Shown piece by piece: positions 61,052-64,000 of a DNA stretch of 64,000 nucleotides. How positions within the stretch are numbered: position 1 is the stretch's first letter; every line of letters starts with the position of its first letter. The notes below the pieces were generated by a model, which saw nothing but the letters and a program-made list of their open reading frames with translations, did not search any database and had not been told where the DNA came from. Source of the stretch: an uncultured Clostridia bacterium. Lineage in GTDB: Bacteria > Bacillota > Clostridia > Christensenellales > UBA1242. The stretch covers positions 32,681-96,680 of the forward strand of contig CALVYS010000001.1 of assembly GCA_944372355.1 (NCBI GenBank), given 5' to 3'. A program made the position numbers and the translations under genes.

Positions 61052-63040
61052 ATGAAAAAGTTTTTCACTAATTTTCTAGTTTATGGCATTCTTTTTGCAA
61101 TTCTCGGTTATGCAATAGGTGTTGGACTTGCTTTTTTGATAAACAACTTGACATGGGAGTCGGCCTTGCTGAGTGATTCTATTGCGTTTATATGTTTGGC
61201 GATAGGTGTGGTTTCTGGATTTATAATGGCAGTCACTCTCAAAGTCAAAAAATCTGACGCAAACAAAAAGAAGGGCAAATCGGCTTCGGGAGAGGAAATG
61301 GAGTTGCACTTTGATGCAGGTTTTGTGACAAGAGACAAGATTTTGGCGGACAAACTTTTGATCAACTCCACATGGAGTTCGTTGCCGTCCTTAAAAAACA
61401 CCGGCATGGTGTTTAGGAATGAGTATTTTGGATCTCGTTATGAAGTGACAATGAAAGACGAAACACATGCTTTGATCATTGGAACGACCGGCACGGGTAA
61501 AACCACTATGATTTTGGAGCCAACCATCAGAATTTTGGCTCACACGGCAGAAAAGCCTTCGCTTGTGATTGCCGATCCAAAAGGAGAGCTTTTTGACCAT
61601 CACGCAAAAGCTTTGATGAACGAAGGATATGATGTTCGAGTGTATGATTTGGACAATCCTTACATCTCTTCCAGATGGAACCCAATGGAAAAACCTTTTA
61701 AAATGTATCATCAGGCTTTAAACATTTACAAGGAAGCGAAAAAATATCAAAATTGCACGCCGGAACAGGCAGGCAAGGCGCGAATGGAAGGCAGAGAATA
61801 TGGCGATGTTTGGTATGAATTTGACGGAGTTGCATTCCCAAATGAGGAGGAACTCAACAAACAGCTCAATTCTCGCAAACAGGAACTTTTAACGGCGGTT
61901 TCTGCCGAAATCAAAGGCATTGCAGCGTCGCTTTGTCCGGTTTCACAGGGCACAAATGACACGATCTGGGAACAAGGCGCGCAGGACTTTTTGAATGCAT
62001 TGATGCTGGCTATGTTGGAAGATAGCACGGATCAAAGGCTTGGCGAAAACAAGTTGAGAATGGATCAATACAACTTCTACAATCTTTACAAAATTGCAAA
62101 CAAAAAAGATCCAACCAATGCAGATGACGCCTTTGGCCCATTGAAAAGATACTGCATGGGCAGGCCGCAAACCTCCAATGTCAGTGCTTTGGCCTTGTCC
62201 GTTATCAACGCTGCGCCTTCAACGACAAAATCATATATGTCAGTGCTTTCGGGTAAGATCAACAACCTCATGAGTGATATGGGCATCTGCTACGCCACCT
62301 CGGGTTGCGACATTCAGTTCACAGAATTTGTTGACAGACCAACTGCATTTTTCATCAAAATTCCAGATCACAAAAAAGAGCGTCACTCTCTTGCAACCAT
62401 TTGCATTTCACAGCTTTATCGAACGCTTGTTGATGTTGCAAACAATTATCCAAACAGAAAACTTCCACGCCACGTTTACTTTATTTTGGACGAGTTTGGA
62501 AATCTGCCAGTTATTCAAGATTTTGGCACGATGATCACGGTTTCACGTTCAAGAAATATAATCTTTGAAATCGTCATACAGTCTTTCACCCAGCTTGACA
62601 CCAAGTATGGCAAAGAGATTGCTGAAACACTAAAAAGCAACTTCAATATTCAAATCTTCTTGGGAACGGAAGATCCTGCAACCAGGGAAGCATTTTCCAA
62701 GAGTTGCGGCGAAATTCAGCTCACCACACAAGAAGAATCCACCACAGAAAACAAGGGCAAAACCGAGACTTCAAAATCGGTTTCCACCTCGCAGCAACGT
62801 GTTACCAGGCCGCTTGTCGATCCATATGAGCTTTCAGTGCTGCCTTATGGAACCGGCATAGTCAAACTTTTCAGATACAATCCAATCAAAGTCAAACCAG
62901 CGCCATGGTATAAAACAAGTCAGATGACAAAATATGATCCACTGGTTGTTTCAAAAATAGGCAATTCGCTTGATGAAAACAAAGTGTTTTACGATATCGA
63001 CAAACGAAACAACATTGTGCTTGGAAGAAGCGCTTGGTAA
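61052..63040 (+). CDS. type IV secretion coupling protein (VirD4/TraG family)
   Basis: Two N-terminal TM segments, Walker A IIGTTGTGKTT, Walker B YFILDEFGNLP. Terminator at 63047-63077. Confidence 0.9.
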   Translation: MKKFFTNFLVYGILFAILGYAIGVGLAFLINNLTWESALLSDSIAFICLAIGVVSGFIMAVTLKVKKSDANKKKGKSASGEEMELHFDAGFVTRDKILADKLLINSTWSSLPSLKNTGMVFRNEYFGSRYEVTMKDETHALIIGTTGTGKTTMILEPTIRILAHTAEKPSLVIADPKGELFDHHAKALMNEGYDVRVYDLDNPYISSRWNPMEKPFKMYHQALNIYKEAKKYQNCTPEQAGKARMEGREYGDVWYEFDGVAFPNEEELNKQLNSRKQELLTAVSAEIKGIAASLCPVSQGTNDTIWEQGAQDFLNALMLAMLEDSTDQRLGENKLRMDQYNFYNLYKIANKKDPTNADDAFGPLKRYCMGRPQTSNVSALALSVINAAPSTTKSYMSVLSGKINNLMSDMGICYATSGCDIQFTEFVDRPTAFFIKIPDHKKERHSLATICISQLYRTLVDVANNYPNRKLPRHVYFILDEFGNLPVIQDFGTMITVSRSRNIIFEIVIQSFTQLDTKYGKEIAETLKSNFNIQIFLGTEDPATREAFSKSCGEIQLTTQEESTTENKGKTETSKSVSTSQQRVTRPLVDPYELSVLPYGTGIVKLFRYNPIKVKPAPWYKTSQMTKYDPLVVSKIGNSLDENKVFYDIDKRNNIVLGRSAW

Positions 63041-63128
63041 AAATCAAATGAGGCTTTTTAAAAGCCTCATTTTTTTTGTGAGTAACACATTTTTTTTCTT
63101 CGTCATATGAAAAGCCGAGGTGTGAGTT

Positions 63129-63608
63129 ATGGAATATGACGATTTCGCTTGCCCAACGCCAGATGAGTATGAGGCTCTGGCCAGGGCGTATTCCAATTCT
63201 TTGAAACAAAAAGGTTTTATCTTTGTTAGGCTTGACACTGAGGGCACGAATGTTTTGATCGATGAGGTTTTTGACCTCATGTTTAAATTGCGCGCGTCTT
63301 ATCGTATACTTGGGCAGTTTATGGGCTGTGACAAGTTTTATGCATTAAATGAAGAGCAACTTGAACTTTTGAGAGACAAATTCAATTACAAACAAAATCG
63401 CGGCTTTAAAATGAATTGGAACAAGACAAAGTGCTTTTTAAACACGATAAGTCTGGAAAATCGTTTGCTCATCAAGCTGTTTTTGCTTGCACAAAAAAGC
63501 GACGAGTTTGAGTTTCTCGTCGGCTTAATCTTTCAACGCATGCGGTTGTCCGCGGATTTATATGAAATTGGTGATGTTATGAGCGCCAGGTTGGGGTTAG
63601 GCGAGTAA
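63129..63608 (+). CDS. hypothetical protein (mobile-element cargo)
   Basis: 159-aa ORF after the T4CP terminator. No family recognised. Confidence 0.45.
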   Translation: MEYDDFACPTPDEYEALARAYSNSLKQKGFIFVRLDTEGTNVLIDEVFDLMFKLRASYRILGQFMGCDKFYALNEEQLELLRDKFNYKQNRGFKMNWNKTKCFLNTISLENRLLIKLFLLAQKSDEFEFLVGLIFQRMRLSADLYEIGDVMSARLGLGE

Positions 63609-64000
63609 GAAGTCCAGCACCTTTGGCAGCGCTTTGTCCAATGCGCGTTGATATGAACGCAATTTTTCTGGTGAATATTTGACCTCTCTGTTTGGAGCTT
63701 CCACCAGTTTTTTTGCTGTTATTTGCATTTCATCGACAATGCCTTCACAAAGCAGATTGCCAAGCACTGCCATATAGTTTTTTTCATCTATATCATTTTT
63801 TTGAATGATCTGTTGAAGTTTGTCGCTGTCGCTGATTTCCTCAAAAGCATAATTCAAGAAAAATTGCAATTTTTCGATAGTGAATTCATTGCCATTTGCT
63901 GCGGCGAGAATCGCCCATTGCATGTAAAGGTCATAGTTTTGCGGCACCAAATTTTTGACGCCGTCTTTATAGTAATAGCTTATCACATCTTGTGCGATGG
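63597..64000 (-). CDS. hypothetical protein with a Sel1-like repeat pattern, 5' end beyond the window
   Basis: The frame stays open to nt 64000 upstream of the listed GTG. YYYKDGVKN...QWAILAAANGN resembles Sel1/SLR repeats (weak). Confidence 0.4.
   Translation of the reverse strand, partial: IAQDVISYYYKDGVKNLVPQNYDLYMQWAILAAANGNEFTIEKLQFFLNYAFEEISDSDKLQQIIQKNDIDEKNYMAVLGNLLCEGIVDEMQITAKKLVEAPNREVKYSPEKLRSYQRALDKALPKVLDFLLA

Larger units (their letters stand above)
60640..64000. mobile_element. left part of a putative integrative/conjugative element adjoining tRNA-Arg
   Basis: tRNA-Arg fragments lie next to the intact tRNA, and a VirD4/TraG coupling protein gene follows. No integrase, relaxase or other T4SS genes fall inside the window. 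Confidence 0.45.

Noticed and set aside
1-64000. CRISPR arrays, rRNA genes, riboswitches, T-boxes
   Set aside because: Intergenic regions were scanned by eye. No regularly spaced direct repeats, no rRNA-like segments and no recognisable riboswitch cores were seen. This was not a computational search.

Overview
The window looks like a low-GC Gram-positive-type (Bacillota-like) strict anaerobe using the standard code, with TGA as a stop. This is inferred from gene content: [FeFe]-hydrogenase, rubrerythrin, desulfoferrodoxin, SpoVB/MurJ-type flippase, YfhO/GtrA, ComFC and HU.

Core regions:
- 1-11.8 kb is housekeeping: flippase, HU-like, dus, pgk, tpiA, dnaX, ybaB, recR, argS, then rpmG-secE-nusG-rplK-rplA.
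- The ribosomal cluster stops after rplA. A convergent 2928-aa signal-peptide/TM-anchored surface protein follows (11.8-20.6 kb).
- 20.9-47.7 kb is mixed core and accessory: GT2-TPR, a rubredoxin-fused [FeFe]-hydrogenase, a 1268-aa SF1 helicase-nuclease fusion, tRNA-Ser with a mobile-element scar, ArsR, QueH, LepB, HU, rubrerythrin, a GPH transporter, GtrA-ASCH plus YfhO, ADH, tRNA-Glu with a duplicated 3' end, ComFC, Sir2, Ham1 and Dfx.

Accessory regions:
- 47.7-59.8 kb is visibly much more AT-rich (judged by eye, not computed). It is a sugar-modification island with no membrane, export or polymerase genes. It carries an LbH acetyltransferase, Ugd, ABC-F, an RNA-type methyltransferase, a radical SAM, a BioA-like aminotransferase, a PIG-L deacetylase, a CelD/FemAB-like GNAT and three GTs. 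It abuts the 3' side of tRNA-Arg(UCG).
- On the 5' side of that tRNA sits a GC-rich, hairpin-rich ~165-nt segment built around exact pieces of the tRNA-Arg. The start of a conjugative element (VirD4/TraG coupling protein) follows.

No rRNA or CRISPR array was seen.

Data-quality caveat: three genes (dnaX, hydrogenase, MBL hydrolase) are broken at A/T homopolymers. The dnaX case may be recoding, but all three could be homopolymer assembly errors.

Most interesting candidates: the AT-rich glycoside-type island with a possible self-resistance pair, the tRNA-Arg-derived structured element, and the dnaX A10 split.
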